Source: an uncultured Acidobacteriota bacterium
GTDB lineage: Bacteria; Acidobacteriota; Thermoanaerobaculia; Gp7-AA8
DNA length: 64,000 bases
Assembly: GCA_963741955.1 (NCBI GenBank)
Contig: CAVUKB010000005.1
Span: forward strand, 448,001-512,000
Reading direction: 5' to 3'
Shown here: in pieces, positions 19,753 through 31,500 of the stretch
How positions within the stretch are numbered: the stretch's first letter is position 1
Layout of the letters: every line of letters begins with the position of its first letter
Made by a program: the position numbers and the translations under genes
The notes under the pieces: model-generated
Told to the model about the DNA's origin: nothing
Database searches by the model: none
The model's input: the letters and a program-made list of their open reading frames with translations, nothing else

Positions 19753-21343
19753 GAGTCTGCGCGATAGGACGTAAGTTCGGCGCTTCCTGATGATCTCGGG
19801 TGACGTCCGCTCGCGAGCGGCAGAACCGGGCCATCGAAGCGCCTTGGGGTTGATGGAGCCGTTCTCGGGGAGGTGGCAGCGCGAAACACTTGCTCGGCGG
19901 GACTTTTCGGGGTTGGATACTGCTCTGCCAGGGCTATTCGACCGCAACCAGAGCGCTCATTCGCTTCAGATTGATCACCAGGCACACCAGAGCCCATTCG
20001 CCGGCAACTTTGCGCGTCCCGCGGAGACTGAATCGTCGAAAGCCGAGAACGTTTTTGACCCAGCCAAACACCGGCTCAACGATCGCCTTTCGCCGGCGAT
20101 AGACCGCCTTGCCTGCAGGTGAGTCCAACTTCTGCTTCATCCGCAGAGTAGCGGGGAGCGTCGTCTCAGCTGCGGTTTCTTTGCCTTCTCGTCCGAGAGA
20201 AACATACGCATCGATCTTCTTCTCCTCCAACTCGATGAACGAGCTTTCCGACTTGTAACCGGTGTCGGCAACAACCTGGTCGGGGCTTGTTTCGCAATTC
20301 TGTTCGACCACCTCGACCAAAGGCACGAGTGATCCGCTGTCCGCCGCAGATTGTGTGATCTCGAATCCGACGATGAGTTGGTTATCGGCATCGACTGCGA
20401 TCTGCGCGTTGTAGCACTGCTGAAATCCTTCCTGGGACTTCATGATTCGGCTCTCGGAATCGGTGAAGTTCTCTTGCGCTTTGTCCTCAGGTACGCCGAA
20501 CTTCCGTTTGAATGGCTTACCCTTCTTCCTGGCCGGATCATCGTCGCCTTCGGAGCGACCAGCCTTCGTGTCCAGTTCCCGCTGTCGCTGTTCGAGTCGC
20601 TCTCGTGCATCTCTGATCTTTCGGATGCGTGTTTCCCGGCGCTGGAGCTCTTCGGGCAACTCATCCCCGCGTCGATCAACCCCGTACTCGGCATCCTCCC
20701 GGGCATCCTCTTCCGCCGCTGTGGCCAAAATCTCCGCGATCTCCTTCTCGAGCTTCGCTTCTTCCTTCTTCATCCGATCGTAGCTCATCGCCTTGTGCTT
20801 GCTGGCATTCGCTCGCACCTTCGACCCGTCGATTGCGATCCTCCCGAGCGTAACTAACCCTGCCTCCTGAGCGGTCCGAATGATCTGGACCAGCAATGAG
20901 CTGAATGCGTCCACGTTTTCAAGCCGAAAGTCGCAGATGGTCCGATGCGATGGAAAGTTCCCGGCTGCAAGATACCGGACGGCGATATCTTCATCGATCC
21001 GCCGGGCAATCTTGCGCGAGGAGAACGTTCCCGTCAGGTACGAATAGGTGATCAACTTGAGCATCATCCTCGGCTCGTAGGGCTGCTTCCGCCTGCCGTC
21101 GCCCTTGTACCGCTCGTAGAATGCACTCAGATCAAGCTGATCGATCATGTCGGAAACGAAGTGCGCCAAGTGACCCTCAGGGAGCCACTCGTATGGCGAG
21201 GGCGGAAGCAGCAGCGACTGCTCCGGTCGGTATGGCCTATACGTGGTCGGCATGACCTAATCTTAACATATTATCGTTACTACTAACCATTCACCTTTTA
21301 TCATGCCGATTTGCCGCGAACCGGGTTTCTACCGCGCAGACTC
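19753..21343 (-). mobile_element. Complete IS1182-family insertion sequence (1591 bp)
   Basis: Terminal IRs GAGTCTGCGCGATAG / CTACCGCGCAGACTC (14/15). CTAG duplicated at 19749-19752 and 21344-21347. Empty equivalent site at 15929-15932. Confidence 0.93.
19934..21253 (-). CDS. IS1182-family DDE transposase
   Basis: LLPPS..WLPEGHLA, SSRKIA, IAIDGSK, YNAQ, ADTGY, RKAIVEPVFG motifs. Confidence 0.95.
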   Translation of the reverse strand: MPTTYRPYRPEQSLLLPPSPYEWLPEGHLAHFVSDMIDQLDLSAFYERYKGDGRRKQPYEPRMMLKLITYSYLTGTFSSRKIARRIDEDIAVRYLAAGNFPSHRTICDFRLENVDAFSSLLVQIIRTAQEAGLVTLGRIAIDGSKVRANASKHKAMSYDRMKKEEAKLEKEIAEILATAAEEDAREDAEYGVDRRGDELPEELQRRETRIRKIRDARERLEQRQRELDTKAGRSEGDDDPARKKGKPFKRKFGVPEDKAQENFTDSESRIMKSQEGFQQCYNAQIAVDADNQLIVGFEITQSAADSGSLVPLVEVVEQNCETSPDQVVADTGYKSESSFIELEEKKIDAYVSLGREGKETAAETTLPATLRMKQKLDSPAGKAVYRRRKAIVEPVFGWVKNVLGFRRFSLRGTRKVAGEWALVCLVINLKRMSALVAVE

Positions 21344-22386
21344 CTAGGACCCCCCGAGTAGAGAGACACGAACGCATCGCCTCCCGAGAGGAACGATTCG
21401 CGTTTCGTTGACACCATCGCTCCCCGGCACGATGCCGGGGAGCCTCGCGCAGGATGCGCGACCCACTATGTGGGTTGGGCGTCCTCGCCCGATGCAGGGC
21501 GGCGTCCCGCGCCGCCCTGCCCAGCGCAAGCTACGACGATCCCTCCGAGTAACGAGACTCGAACGCAGCCCCGCGCGAGAGGAACGATCCGCGTCTGGTT
21601 GACACCATCGCTCCCCGGCACGATGCCGGGGAGCCTCGCGCAGGATGCGCGACCCACTGTGCAGGGTTGGACGCTCCGCCCGATGCAGGGCGGGGTATGT
21701 GGGTTGGGCGTCCTCGCCCGATTCAGGGCGGCGTCCCGCGCCGCCCTGCCCAGCGCAAGCTACGACGATCCTCCCGAGTAGAAAGACTCGAACGCACCGC
21801 CGCGCGAGAGGAACGATTCGCGTGTCGTTGACGCCATCGCTCCCCGGCACGATGCCGGGGAGCCTCGCGCCCGGAGGCGCGACCCACTGTGCAGGGTTGG
21901 ACGCTCCGCCCGATGCAGGGCGGGGTATGTGGGTTGGGCGTCCCGCCCGATGCAGGGCGGGGTCCCGCGCCGACCTGCCCAGCGCAAGCTACGACGATCC
22001 CTCCGAGTAACGAGACTCGAACGCAACCCCTCCCGAGAGGAACGATCCCCGTCTGGTTGACACCATCGCTCCCCGGCACGATGCCGGGGAGCCTCGCGCA
22101 AGATGCGCGACCCACTGTGTGGGTTGGGCGTCCCGCCCGATGCAGGGCGGCGTCCCGCGCCGCCCTGCCCAGCGCAAGCTACGACGATCCTCTCGAGTAG
22201 AGAGACTCGAACGCAACCCCGCGCGAGAGGAACGATTCGCGTGTCGTTGACGCCATCGCTCCCCGGCACGATGCCGGGGAGCCTCGCGCCCGGAGGCGCG
22301 ACCCACAGTTCGCGACCCACAGTGCGCGACCCACAGTTCGCGACCCACAGTGCGCGACCCACTGTGCGCGATGCACCCGGCCCGGC

Positions 22387-25300
22387 TCACCTCCCGGAGG
22401 ATCCGTCGAGCTCCGGAGCCGATCCATCGCCGCCGGTGATCGCAATCACTCGCCCACTCCCCTTCTCCAGGAGCAGCAGCCGCGAACGTCCGGCCGGAAC
22501 TCCGATGTCGCGTTGCCGCCCTTCGACCGAAACGCGGCGCACCGCGTCCTCCGCAGTCTCGTTCACCAGCACCACGAGGAAAGCGCGCGACGAGCGGAGG
22601 ACGCGCAGTGCGACACCGCCATCATCCGGCTGCGTCTCGACACCGGCGGCCTGGAGTGATGCCCCGAGGAGCGCGACCAGCGGCTCGTCCTCTCGCGCGT
22701 GCTCCAGCGGCAGCGGCTCGTGCCAAACTGCGCCGTCCAATCTCTCGAGCGGCGGCGCACTGCTCCGGCGGAGACTCTCCCGGAGATTGTGGCCGAACGT
22801 TGCGAGCGTCCCACGTCCCCATCGCGTCCTCTCGTGAAATGCGACCGGCCGCCCCTGGTCCGCGACGCCGAGCGCTTCGAGTGGAGGAGAGATCCCGCCG
22901 TACGGATCGCTGACCACCGCGCCGGTCACCAGAATCTTCGTCCCCTTCCCGGCCGCCGCGACGAGAGCCTTCGCTGCTGATTCAGGGAGCACCTCCGGAG
23001 AAGGGACGATCACCAGCTTCGCATCCAGCAGACGATCCGCAGTCACGATCTGATCCGAGATCGCAGACGGGACGACGCCGAAGCGTTCAGCGAGAACGCG
23101 GATCATCCGGCGGGCTCCCTCCGTCGCGGCGGGCCGATTCAGGAAGAGGCGTGTCTGCGGGATCACGATCACCACCTCGTCCGGTTCGAAGTCGTCGAGC
23201 CACGACGCCGCGGCGGCGAAGAACCTCGCCAGCTCCGGGACGACCCGGAGCTCCGGCTTCGCCGTTCCGTCCGGCCGGAAAAAGCCGATCACCGATTCGT
23301 TGTCGATCGGCATGTAGGGGTTGATGTTCCACGCCCACTCGACGGCACCCGCTCCACGCGCCGCGAACGCGTACGCGAACTTGCGCTCCAGAGCGCGCGC
23401 CGCGAACTCCGGAGAGCGCCACGGATTGCCGTCGGCATCCTCGAGACGCATCAGCCCCGTCTCCTGGAAGAGCATCGGCTTTTCCGGGACTTTCGCGAAG
23501 AGCCCTGTCGAGAGGACGTCGTCGTTCTGCCACCACGGGTGAACTGCCGTGTAGTCGACCGCGCCCGCGTGAAGCTGCTGCGACGGACGGAGCCAGGTTC
23601 CTCCCTCGTCCTGACCGAGCGTGACGAGAACCTCGCCACCGGCCGCACGAAGGACTTCGCGCGACCCGCGAGCCCATTCGGCCACCACGTCATTGGAGAA
23701 GCGGACGAAGTCCATCACCTTCCGCGGGCGTCGCCTCTCGCGGATCATCGCGTAGTCGAGCTCTTCGCGCCGCGGCAGATCGAAGAGATCCTCACCCGTA
23801 TCCTTCCAGAGCGTCCGCAGGCGCACTCCGTCGTCGCCGTGCTGCGTGACGATCCACTCGCGCCACGCCTTCCTCTCCCACTCATCTCTGATCGGCCGGT
23901 TGCTCCAGAGTCCTTCCGGCGGGGCGTACGACGGTTCGTTGATCAGGTCGTAGTGAATCCAGCCCACCCCGCGATACCGTTGCCCGACCGCGGTAAGGAA
24001 TCTCCGCTGTCCCTCCAGCGATCGCGGATCGAAATACGGATTCGATCCCCCGTATGCGGGCGGGAGAAACGCGAAGAACGTGAAGTTCACCACGATGCCG
24101 TGCCTGGCCGCCGTCTGGACGTACGCGTCGAGCGCACGAAGGATTGCTTCGTCGACCACCCCTGAATCGGACATCACCCGCGACCATCCGGTCCAGAGTC
24201 CGGTCCGGACGAAGTTGATCCCGAGCTTCTGCATTTGTGCGAAGTCGCGATCCCAGACGTTCGGATTCGGCTCGAACAGGAACTTCCGGTGGACGTCGGA
24301 GGCCATGTACGTCGTCCCGATCACCGGGAAGACCTTCCCGTCACGACGGAGCCAATCCTTCGAGACCGTCAGACGTGGCCCCGTTCGCAGCAACGCGTCG
24401 TCGCGGACCCAGAAGCCGGTCGTTGTCGCGGAAGGATTCCAATTCGCATCCGGGATCGAGACGTCGACGTGATGGAGGCCCGGCTTCAGACGCGTGGTCG
24501 CGAACGTCGCCGTCGCCCGCAGGGCATGGCGATCTCCCTCCAGCTCGAGCGTCTGACGTGCGAGCACCCGACCCGTATCGTTCCGGAGACGCAGCTCCGC
24601 TCGGCGGACGGCGCGCTCGTCGCGGCGCGGCGCCGCGCGCATCACGGCCACCTCGATCCTCGCCGCTTCTCCCGCCATCACGCTCGCATACACCGGTTGT
24701 GCGCGAACTTCGCTCGCCCCTTCCATCGCGCGTTCGACGACCGCGCGGATCAGAGACGGCGTGAGCGGCGCATCGGTCGGTGCGAAGATCCACCGCGCAC
24801 CGGCGCGATCCCCCAGCAGATGATCGATCTCGAACAGCGGACATGCGCGCGGGACTCCGTCCGCGTCGACCAGTTGCACGAGAGGCCTCAGCAGCGCATC
24901 CCGGTATCCTTCCGATCCGTGCTCCTGCGGTTGATCGGGACGGGTCGCGAGACGCACCGTCGGCTCCCACACGGTCGTGCCACCCGTCAGCGGAAGTGTC
25001 CAGTCGGGCTGAGGAAGAGCGGTCTGCACTCCTTCGCTGATGGCCACCGCCTCCGCCGGTCCGATCAGGAGCTCGTGCGCGTACGTCGGCTGCCGGTCGA
25101 GCACCTTCCATCTGCCGTCTTCGAACCGCACCGGCTGATGGAACGGGGCCCCGCCGAGGACCACGAGACTGCCGCCGCGATCGAGGAACGACCGGATCGA
25201 GCCCCACGCGTCGAGTGGAAATGCACTCCCATGCGGAAGAACGAGGACTCCGCGATCGGAGCCGCTCAGCATCTCCGTGAGATCCTCGATCGACGCCGCA

Positions 25301-25590
25301 ACGACGTGCGGCACTTCGCTCAACGCGGCTCTTACGGCGGCGCGATCGATCACCAGAGCATCGATGGTCGGAAATTCAGGCGGTGCGAACACAACGACGC
25401 GTGAACGTGAAGAGCGAGACTCGCCAGCCGGTCGCTGCACACCGGCACCCGAGGAATCCGCGACATACAACGAAAGGACGACCAGCGCAGTGACGAACCC
25501 GATGCGCGGGCGCAGACGTCCGGACGTTCCCGGTCGACGCACACATCCCGCGGCTGACGCCATGAAGTCACCTCCCGTCCAGCCCGCCAT
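22387..25590 (-). CDS. Clan GH-A glycoside hydrolase (GH5/GH42-like), probably secreted
   Basis: YDLINEP acid/base and FQETG nucleophile-like motifs; GINFVRTG; C-terminal trimerisation-like domain. Start uncertain. Confidence 0.72.
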   Translation of the reverse strand: MAGWTGGDFMASAAGCVRRPGTSGRLRPRIGFVTALVVLSLYVADSSGAGVQRPAGESRSSRSRVVVFAPPEFPTIDALVIDRAAVRAALSEVPHVVAASIEDLTEMLSGSDRGVLVLPHGSAFPLDAWGSIRSFLDRGGSLVVLGGAPFHQPVRFEDGRWKVLDRQPTYAHELLIGPAEAVAISEGVQTALPQPDWTLPLTGGTTVWEPTVRLATRPDQPQEHGSEGYRDALLRPLVQLVDADGVPRACPLFEIDHLLGDRAGARWIFAPTDAPLTPSLIRAVVERAMEGASEVRAQPVYASVMAGEAARIEVAVMRAAPRRDERAVRRAELRLRNDTGRVLARQTLELEGDRHALRATATFATTRLKPGLHHVDVSIPDANWNPSATTTGFWVRDDALLRTGPRLTVSKDWLRRDGKVFPVIGTTYMASDVHRKFLFEPNPNVWDRDFAQMQKLGINFVRTGLWTGWSRVMSDSGVVDEAILRALDAYVQTAARHGIVVNFTFFAFLPPAYGGSNPYFDPRSLEGQRRFLTAVGQRYRGVGWIHYDLINEPSYAPPEGLWSNRPIRDEWERKAWREWIVTQHGDDGVRLRTLWKDTGEDLFDLPRREELDYAMIRERRRPRKVMDFVRFSNDVVAEWARGSREVLRAAGGEVLVTLGQDEGGTWLRPSQQLHAGAVDYTAVHPWWQNDDVLSTGLFAKVPEKPMLFQETGLMRLEDADGNPWRSPEFAARALERKFAYAFAARGAGAVEWAWNINPYMPIDNESVIGFFRPDGTAKPELRVVPELARFFAAAASWLDDFEPDEVVIVIPQTRLFLNRPAATEGARRMIRVLAERFGVVPSAISDQIVTADRLLDAKLVIVPSPEVLPESAAKALVAAAGKGTKILVTGAVVSDPYGGISPPLEALGVADQGRPVAFHERTRWGRGTLATFGHNLRESLRRSSAPPLERLDGAVWHEPLPLEHAREDEPLVALLGASLQAAGVETQPDDGGVALRVLRSSRAFLVVLVNETAEDAVRRVSVEGRQRDIGVPAGRSRLLLLEKGSGRVIAITGGDGSAPELDGSSGR

Positions 25591-25712
25591 GACAGTGAGG
25601 ACGAGTGCGACCGAACCATCTTCGTCGCTCGCTGATCACCGGCGGATCCATTCGACCGGCCTCATGACGGGAGCGCCGCGCGCTCACTGCTAAGGAGACT
25701 CCCGTCCTCCCC

Positions 25713-27197
25713 TCACCCCTTCAGTCCCCGCTTCATCGCCTTGTTCACCGTCTCCAGCACCTTCACCCGCGCGTAGTGCTTGTCGTTCGCGGGGACGATC
25801 GTCCACGGCGCGGCGGCGGTGCTGGTCCGTTCGATCATCTCGTTCACTGCGACCTCGTACGCGTCCCACTTCTCCCGGTTCCGCCAGTCTTCCTCCGTGA
25901 TCTTGTGCTGCTTCCACGGGACGACTTCGCGCTCCTGGAACCGCCGCAGCTGTTCTTCCTTCGTGATGTTCATCCAGAATTTCGCCAGGATGATGCCGCT
26001 CTCGACCAGCTGCTGCTCGAAGTCGTTGATCTCGCGATATGCGCGCGACCACTCTTCCGGCTTCGCAAAGCCTTCGACACGCTCGACGAGCACCCGTCCG
26101 TACCACGAGCGGTCGTAGATCGTGACGTGCCCCGCGCGCGGAAGGTGGCGCCAGAAGCGCCAGAGGTAATGCCGTGCGCGTTCTTCGTCCGTCGGCGCGG
26201 CGACCGAGATCACCTGATAGAGCCGCGCGTCGATCGCGGCGATCGCCCGCCGGATCGCTCCCCCTTTTCCTCCTGCATCCCATCCTTCGAAGAGGAGTAC
26301 CGTCGAGCGCTTCCCGTTCCACGCTTTCCACGCGTGTCGCGAGAGCTTCGCCTGCTGTTCTTCGATCGTTCCGTCGTACTCCTCCGGAGAGATCGAGGCG
26401 GTCATGTCGACGGAATCGAGAATCGTCGACAGCGGAGCCGCGTACGCCACGGCCGGCTCGGCGGGTGCGGCAGGAGGTGCCACCGCTCGAGGGGCACAGA
26501 GCTCCTCGAGCTTCTGGAGTACCGTCTGCGCGACCGTCAGGTCACGATAACGCGCGTTCGACGCTTCGATCACGTGCCACGGCGCGTCTGCAGTGTCGGT
26601 CATCCGGATCGCTCTTTCGGAGACCTCGAGAAACTTCTCGTACGAACGCGAGAACTTCTTCACCTCGGGATTCAGGCCCCACTTCTTCCCGTCCTTCTTC
26701 TCCCGCGCCTCGAGCCGTTTCTTCTGTTCCTTCTTCGTGATGTGGAACCAGAACTTCAGGATCAGCGTGCCGTCCTCGGACAGCTCGTGCTCGAAGAACG
26801 CGATCCGGTACATCTCTTCGTCGAACGTGTCCTGAGGCATGTCGCCCATCACCCGGTCGATGATCGGCGCGGTGTACCACGATCCGAACATGATCCCGAT
26901 GCTGCCCCGCGGAGGAAGCCGCCGCCAGAAGCGCCAGTAGCGAGGACGCTCGCGCTCTTCTTCCGAATCCTGCCAGAACGCCGTGGTCTGGATGCCGCGA
27001 GCGTCGAGCCATTCGTGAAGGCGGTTGACGACTTCGCTCTTCCCCGCCCCCTCCACACCGGAGACGACGATGATCACGCTTCGTCCGGTCTCGCGGAGCC
27101 GCCGCTGGGCATCCAGAAGCCGCGGCCGTATCTCCGTGAGCTGCTGCTCGAAATCGTCCCGGGCCACTTTCTGGCCGAGCTCTGCGGATTCGAACAT
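25713..27197 (-). CDS. pap: Polyphosphate:AMP phosphotransferase (two-domain PPK2)
   Basis: MFESAELG start with AAGGAGG RBS. Two PPK2 domains (GVEGAGK; EGWDAGGKGG..DRSWYGRVLVERV). Confidence 0.92.
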   Translation of the reverse strand: MFESAELGQKVARDDFEQQLTEIRPRLLDAQRRLRETGRSVIIVVSGVEGAGKSEVVNRLHEWLDARGIQTTAFWQDSEEERERPRYWRFWRRLPPRGSIGIMFGSWYTAPIIDRVMGDMPQDTFDEEMYRIAFFEHELSEDGTLILKFWFHITKKEQKKRLEAREKKDGKKWGLNPEVKKFSRSYEKFLEVSERAIRMTDTADAPWHVIEASNARYRDLTVAQTVLQKLEELCAPRAVAPPAAPAEPAVAYAAPLSTILDSVDMTASISPEEYDGTIEEQQAKLSRHAWKAWNGKRSTVLLFEGWDAGGKGGAIRRAIAAIDARLYQVISVAAPTDEERARHYLWRFWRHLPRAGHVTIYDRSWYGRVLVERVEGFAKPEEWSRAYREINDFEQQLVESGIILAKFWMNITKEEQLRRFQEREVVPWKQHKITEEDWRNREKWDAYEVAVNEMIERTSTAAAPWTIVPANDKHYARVKVLETVNKAMKRGLKG

Positions 27198-27316
27198 GAC
27201 GAACCTCCTTTCGAGGCGGGAGATCCCCAGCATACGCCGGTTCCGCCCGGCGGGGTCAAGGGGACAGATCGCAGGGTCGTACAATGGAAATAGGCGTTCA
27301 CCAAAGGAGGGAAGCC

Positions 27317-28312
27317 GTGCAGAAGACCGTGGTTCTCACCCGCCGCGACGTCGAGGATCTCCTCCCGATGCGGGAGTGCATCGAGGTGATGGAGCGTGCG
27401 CTGCGCGAGCTGGCCACCGGTCGCGCTTTTCAGCCCCTCCGGACGGTCTCCCGAACCAGCGACGCCGTGGGGCTCCTCGGGCTCATGCCGGCATGGCGCG
27501 GCGGCGAAGAACCGCTCTGGAGCCTGAAGGAGATCTGCGTCTTCCCCGACAACCCATCCCGCGGTCTCGACACGCACCTCGGCGCGGTGCTCCTCCACAG
27601 CGGGCGGACCGGTGAGCTGCTCGCGATCGTGAATGCGGCGGCCATCACCGCCATCCGGACCGCAGCGGTGACCGCGGTGGCGACACGGATCCTGGCCCGA
27701 ACCGGCGCACGAACGCTCGCGATCATCGGAACCGGAGCGCAGGCCCGCTCGCATGTCGCGGCGCTCGCCTGCGAGCGCGACCTCGCGCGGGTCGTGATCG
27801 CCGGCCGGACGCGGGAGAGAGCGACCGCTCTCGCGACCGAACTGCAGCCGAAGTACGAATTTCCGATCGAACCGGCGGCCTCGATCGAAGATGCCGTTCG
27901 CGCGGCCGAGATCGTGGTCACGGTGACCAGCTCCGCCGAGCCGGTTCTGCGGCGGGAGTGGATTCGCGACGGCGCGCACGTCAACCTGGTCGGATCGAGC
28001 GTGAAGCACGCTCGCGAAGCGGATGGGCCGACCATCGCTGCGGCACGCCTCTACGTCGACCGGCGCGAGTCGTGCGTGAACGAGTCGGGCGACTACCTGA
28101 TGGCGCTCCGCGAAGGGGCGATCACGCCCGACCATATCGTCGCCGAGATCGGCGAAGTGCTCCGCGACCCGGCGAAGGGGCGCCGCGACGACCGCGAGAT
28201 CACGATCTTCAAATCGCTCGGGCTCGGGATCGAAGACCTCGCCGCGGCCGCACACGCGTACGCAAAAGCATCCGCTCGCGGAGTCGGCTCGCGCATCGAA
28301 TTCGATCGATAG
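27317..28312 (+). CDS. Ornithine cyclodeaminase / mu-crystallin family protein
   Basis: ITAIRTAA, IIGTGAQA, FKSLGLGIEDLAAA. GTG start after AAGGAGG. Confidence 0.92.
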   Translation: MQKTVVLTRRDVEDLLPMRECIEVMERALRELATGRAFQPLRTVSRTSDAVGLLGLMPAWRGGEEPLWSLKEICVFPDNPSRGLDTHLGAVLLHSGRTGELLAIVNAAAITAIRTAAVTAVATRILARTGARTLAIIGTGAQARSHVAALACERDLARVVIAGRTRERATALATELQPKYEFPIEPAASIEDAVRAAEIVVTVTSSAEPVLRREWIRDGAHVNLVGSSVKHAREADGPTIAAARLYVDRRESCVNESGDYLMALREGAITPDHIVAEIGEVLRDPAKGRRDDREITIFKSLGLGIEDLAAAAHAYAKASARGVGSRIEFDR

Positions 28313-28403
28313 CGCCAGGCCACTCGACGGAATCCCTGAGGAGAGCAGGCTCATAGGCCGCTCTTTCGTCCCCACCGGCCACCACTCACTCCCACCCGCG
28401 CTG

Positions 28404-28485
28404 CCCCTCCCTCTCCCCGTCCGGGGTCACGTCTTCAGCCGAGGTTCGACTTCGGGGAGAGGGTCAGGGTGAGGGGCAACCCCGA
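28404..28485 (+). repeat. REP-like palindromic element, family B
   Basis: CCCTCTCCCCG..GGGGTCACGTCTTCAGC..CGGGGAGAGGGTCAGGGTGAGGGG. Copies at 37421, 47835, 47987, 62739, 62843. Confidence 0.8.
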
Positions 28486-28572
28486 AAATCGGATCGACGC
28501 CACTTGCCGTTTTGAATTGATCTTTCGATAGATTGGGAACACCTCCCGGAGCTGCTATGCTCCCTTCGCCAG

Positions 28573-31500
28573 TTGTGCTCCGTCCCTCCCTACCGAAATC
28601 TCCGACCCTCGGCCGATTCCCACTCTCGCGTACAGTGCCCCAGCTCCGCAGGGATCAGACCGAAGATGCAGGACTTCGAGGGCGGGTCAGCGGAGCATGG
28701 CGGCGATTGCCTTTGGGGGTTAGCCGTGCACGAGAGTTCCGCCCGTCTGAGATCGATTCTCCTTCTTCTCGCCACCATCTCGTTCCTCTTCCCGCTGACG
28801 GCCGCCGCCGTCATCACGGTCACACCGATCGGGTCGAACCGCGCGACCGGCGTCAGTTTTTCGATTACCGTCCCGGCATCGATACCCGCGGGAAAGACGA
28901 TCGTGGTCGCGATCTCGAAGGTCGCGTACAACACCGTGCCGCTCGTGAGCGACAGTGCGGGGAACACGTACTCGCTCAGGCTCACCCAGGGCGGCGCGTA
29001 CGGCGACACGCATTGGGTCTTCGTCGCCTCGAATGCGAATGCTCTCTCCGCGGGCCAGTCGATCACTGTCGACCCGCAGACGAACCATGAAACGAGCGCC
29101 TGCGCGATCGCGCTGGGCGGCGTACTTAATCCTCAGGATGTCTCGGCATCGTCGTCCGCGCACACCGCGACCCCCTCATCCGGAACGGCGACCACCACGC
29201 AGGCGAGAGAGGTTCTCGTCGGCAGCATCTACTGGTGGGATCTGAGCCGGCCGGCAGCCACCGCCGGAGCCGGCTACACCATCCAGACCTCGACGCCCCG
29301 GACCGCGAACAGCAACCTCCTCCTCGAGACGCGGCTAGTCGGCTCCATCGGAAGCTATGCGGCCGATGCCACGCTCGCCACGGCGAGCGACACCATCGCG
29401 TCCATGCTCGCCTTCAAGGAAGCGCCTCAGGATGCCGACGGGACGCTCATCCCGTCGGGTGTCGTCATCGAGCCGGTTGCCCTCGACACGACGAACGACA
29501 CCGTCGGCGAAGCGGTGTCCCTCTTCGATTTCACGCTCTTCGACCAGGGGACCTCGGACGGCCTTCCGATGAACGTCTCCCAGATCGTCCTCCACGTCTC
29601 CGGAACTTCCTCCAATACGGAGCGGGGCGACATCACCTGGCGACTGAACGGACCCGACACGTCGAACGTCACCGGAACCTACAACGCCGCATCCCAGACC
29701 ATCTCGTTCTCCGGTCTCTCCATCTCCGTGGCGAACGGAGCGAGTGAGACGTACACGGTCAACGGCTACTTCAACACGAACACGGGCATCACCGACGGAC
29801 ACACCGTCATCCTGAGCGTCGACGGAGACACCGACGTCACCGTCGACGGAACGAAGACGCTGATGGGAACGACCTCCGCGGTGACCAACTCCACCGGAAC
29901 TCCGCTCAGCGTCATCGCCTCGACTCTCTCGTTCACCACCCAGCCGGCGGGCTCCGTTTCCGGATCGGCTCTCACCACCCAGCCCGTCGTCGCAGCCAGC
30001 GACGCGTTCGGGAACGTCGATCTCGGCTTTTCGAACAACATCAGCCTCACCGAGGCCAGCGCCGGGTCGCTCAGCGGAACCACCACGCTCGCCGCGACCT
30101 CCGGCGTCGCGACATTCACCAACGTCGCGTACACCGCCACCGCCGACCTGGAGAGCTTCACTCTGACCGCGGCGGCGAGCGGGTTGACGAGTGCCACCTC
30201 CAACAGCGTCACGTCCGACGTCGTCGCGACGAAGCTGATATTCACCACCCAGCCGGCGCCGACCTCGATCCAGTCGGGAATCTCGACCGCGTTCTCCACG
30301 GTCCCGGTGGTGCGCGCAGTCGACGCGAACAACACCGTCGACACCGGCTACTCGACCGACATCGTCCTCTCGGTCACCGATCCGAACGACGGAGTCGTCG
30401 ACGGAACGGTCAACAGCATGACGGGAACCGGCGACGCCGACGGCAGCGGGTCCACCGTCACCCTCACTCCGAGCTCGGGGAGCGCGACCTTCTCCAATCT
30501 CACCCTCCAGTACACGAATGGCGGCGCAACCGACTCGATCGCCCTCCGCGCGACCTCCGGCGGTCTCACCGCCGCGAACAGCAGCACCATCACTTCGAGC
30601 TCGCTGCCGATCGTCACCGACCCGAACATCAGCATCAGCGGCGGGAGCGGCATCGGCGGCGCCTACATCATCGGCGACACCGTCACCGCCACATGGAACA
30701 ACACCGCCGGCGGCGACAACAACGGCGGCATCACCGGCGTGACCGTCGACTTCTCCCAGTTCGGCGGAGGGGCCGCCGTTTCGGCGAGCAACAGCGCAGG
30801 CACGTGGACCGCCACATACACCATCACCGCGGGCGCGATCGACGCGACCAACCGCAACGTCAGCGTGAGCGCCACGAATGCATCCGGTACCACCACCACG
30901 CCCGACAGCACGAACGCGACCGTCGACAACATCGCTCCCACCGTCACCGACGGGAACATCAGCATCAGCGGTGCCTCCGGCACCGGCGGCACGTTCATCA
31001 TCGGCGACACCGTCACCGCCACCTGGAACAACACCGCAGGCGGCGACAACAACTCCGACACCATCACCTCCGTCACCGTCGACTTCTCCCAGTTCGGCGG
31101 AGGCTCCGGCGTCGCCGCCTCGAACAGCTCCGGCACCTGGACCGCGACCTACACCGTCGTCTCCGGCGCGATCGACGCGACGAATCGCAACGTCGCCGTC
31201 TCCGCGACCGACAACGCCGGCAACTCCAGAACCACGGCCGACAGCACGAACGCCAGCGTCGACAACGTTGCACCGACCGTCACCGACGCGAACATCAGCA
31301 TCAGCGGCGCCTCCGGCACCGGCGGCGCGTTCAAGATCGGCGACACCGTCACCGCCACCTGGGACGACACCGCGGGCGGCGACAACAACAGCGACACCAT
31401 CGTCGGCGTGACCATCGACTTCTCTCAGTTCGGGGGAGGCGCCGCCGTCGCCGCCTCGAACAGCTCCGGCACCTGGACCGCCACCTACACCATTACCGCC

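Larger units (their letters stand above)
19445..22350. repeat. Second family-A tandem array, interrupted by IS1182
   Basis: Same long and short units at 19445-19752 and 21348-22307. Ends in 14-bp CGCGACCCACAGT[TG] tandem repeats. Confidence 0.9.

Noticed and set aside
15301-22350. CRISPR array (37-bp repeats)
   Set aside because: Repeats are directly adjacent or separated by near-identical sequence. There are no unique spacers and no cas genes.
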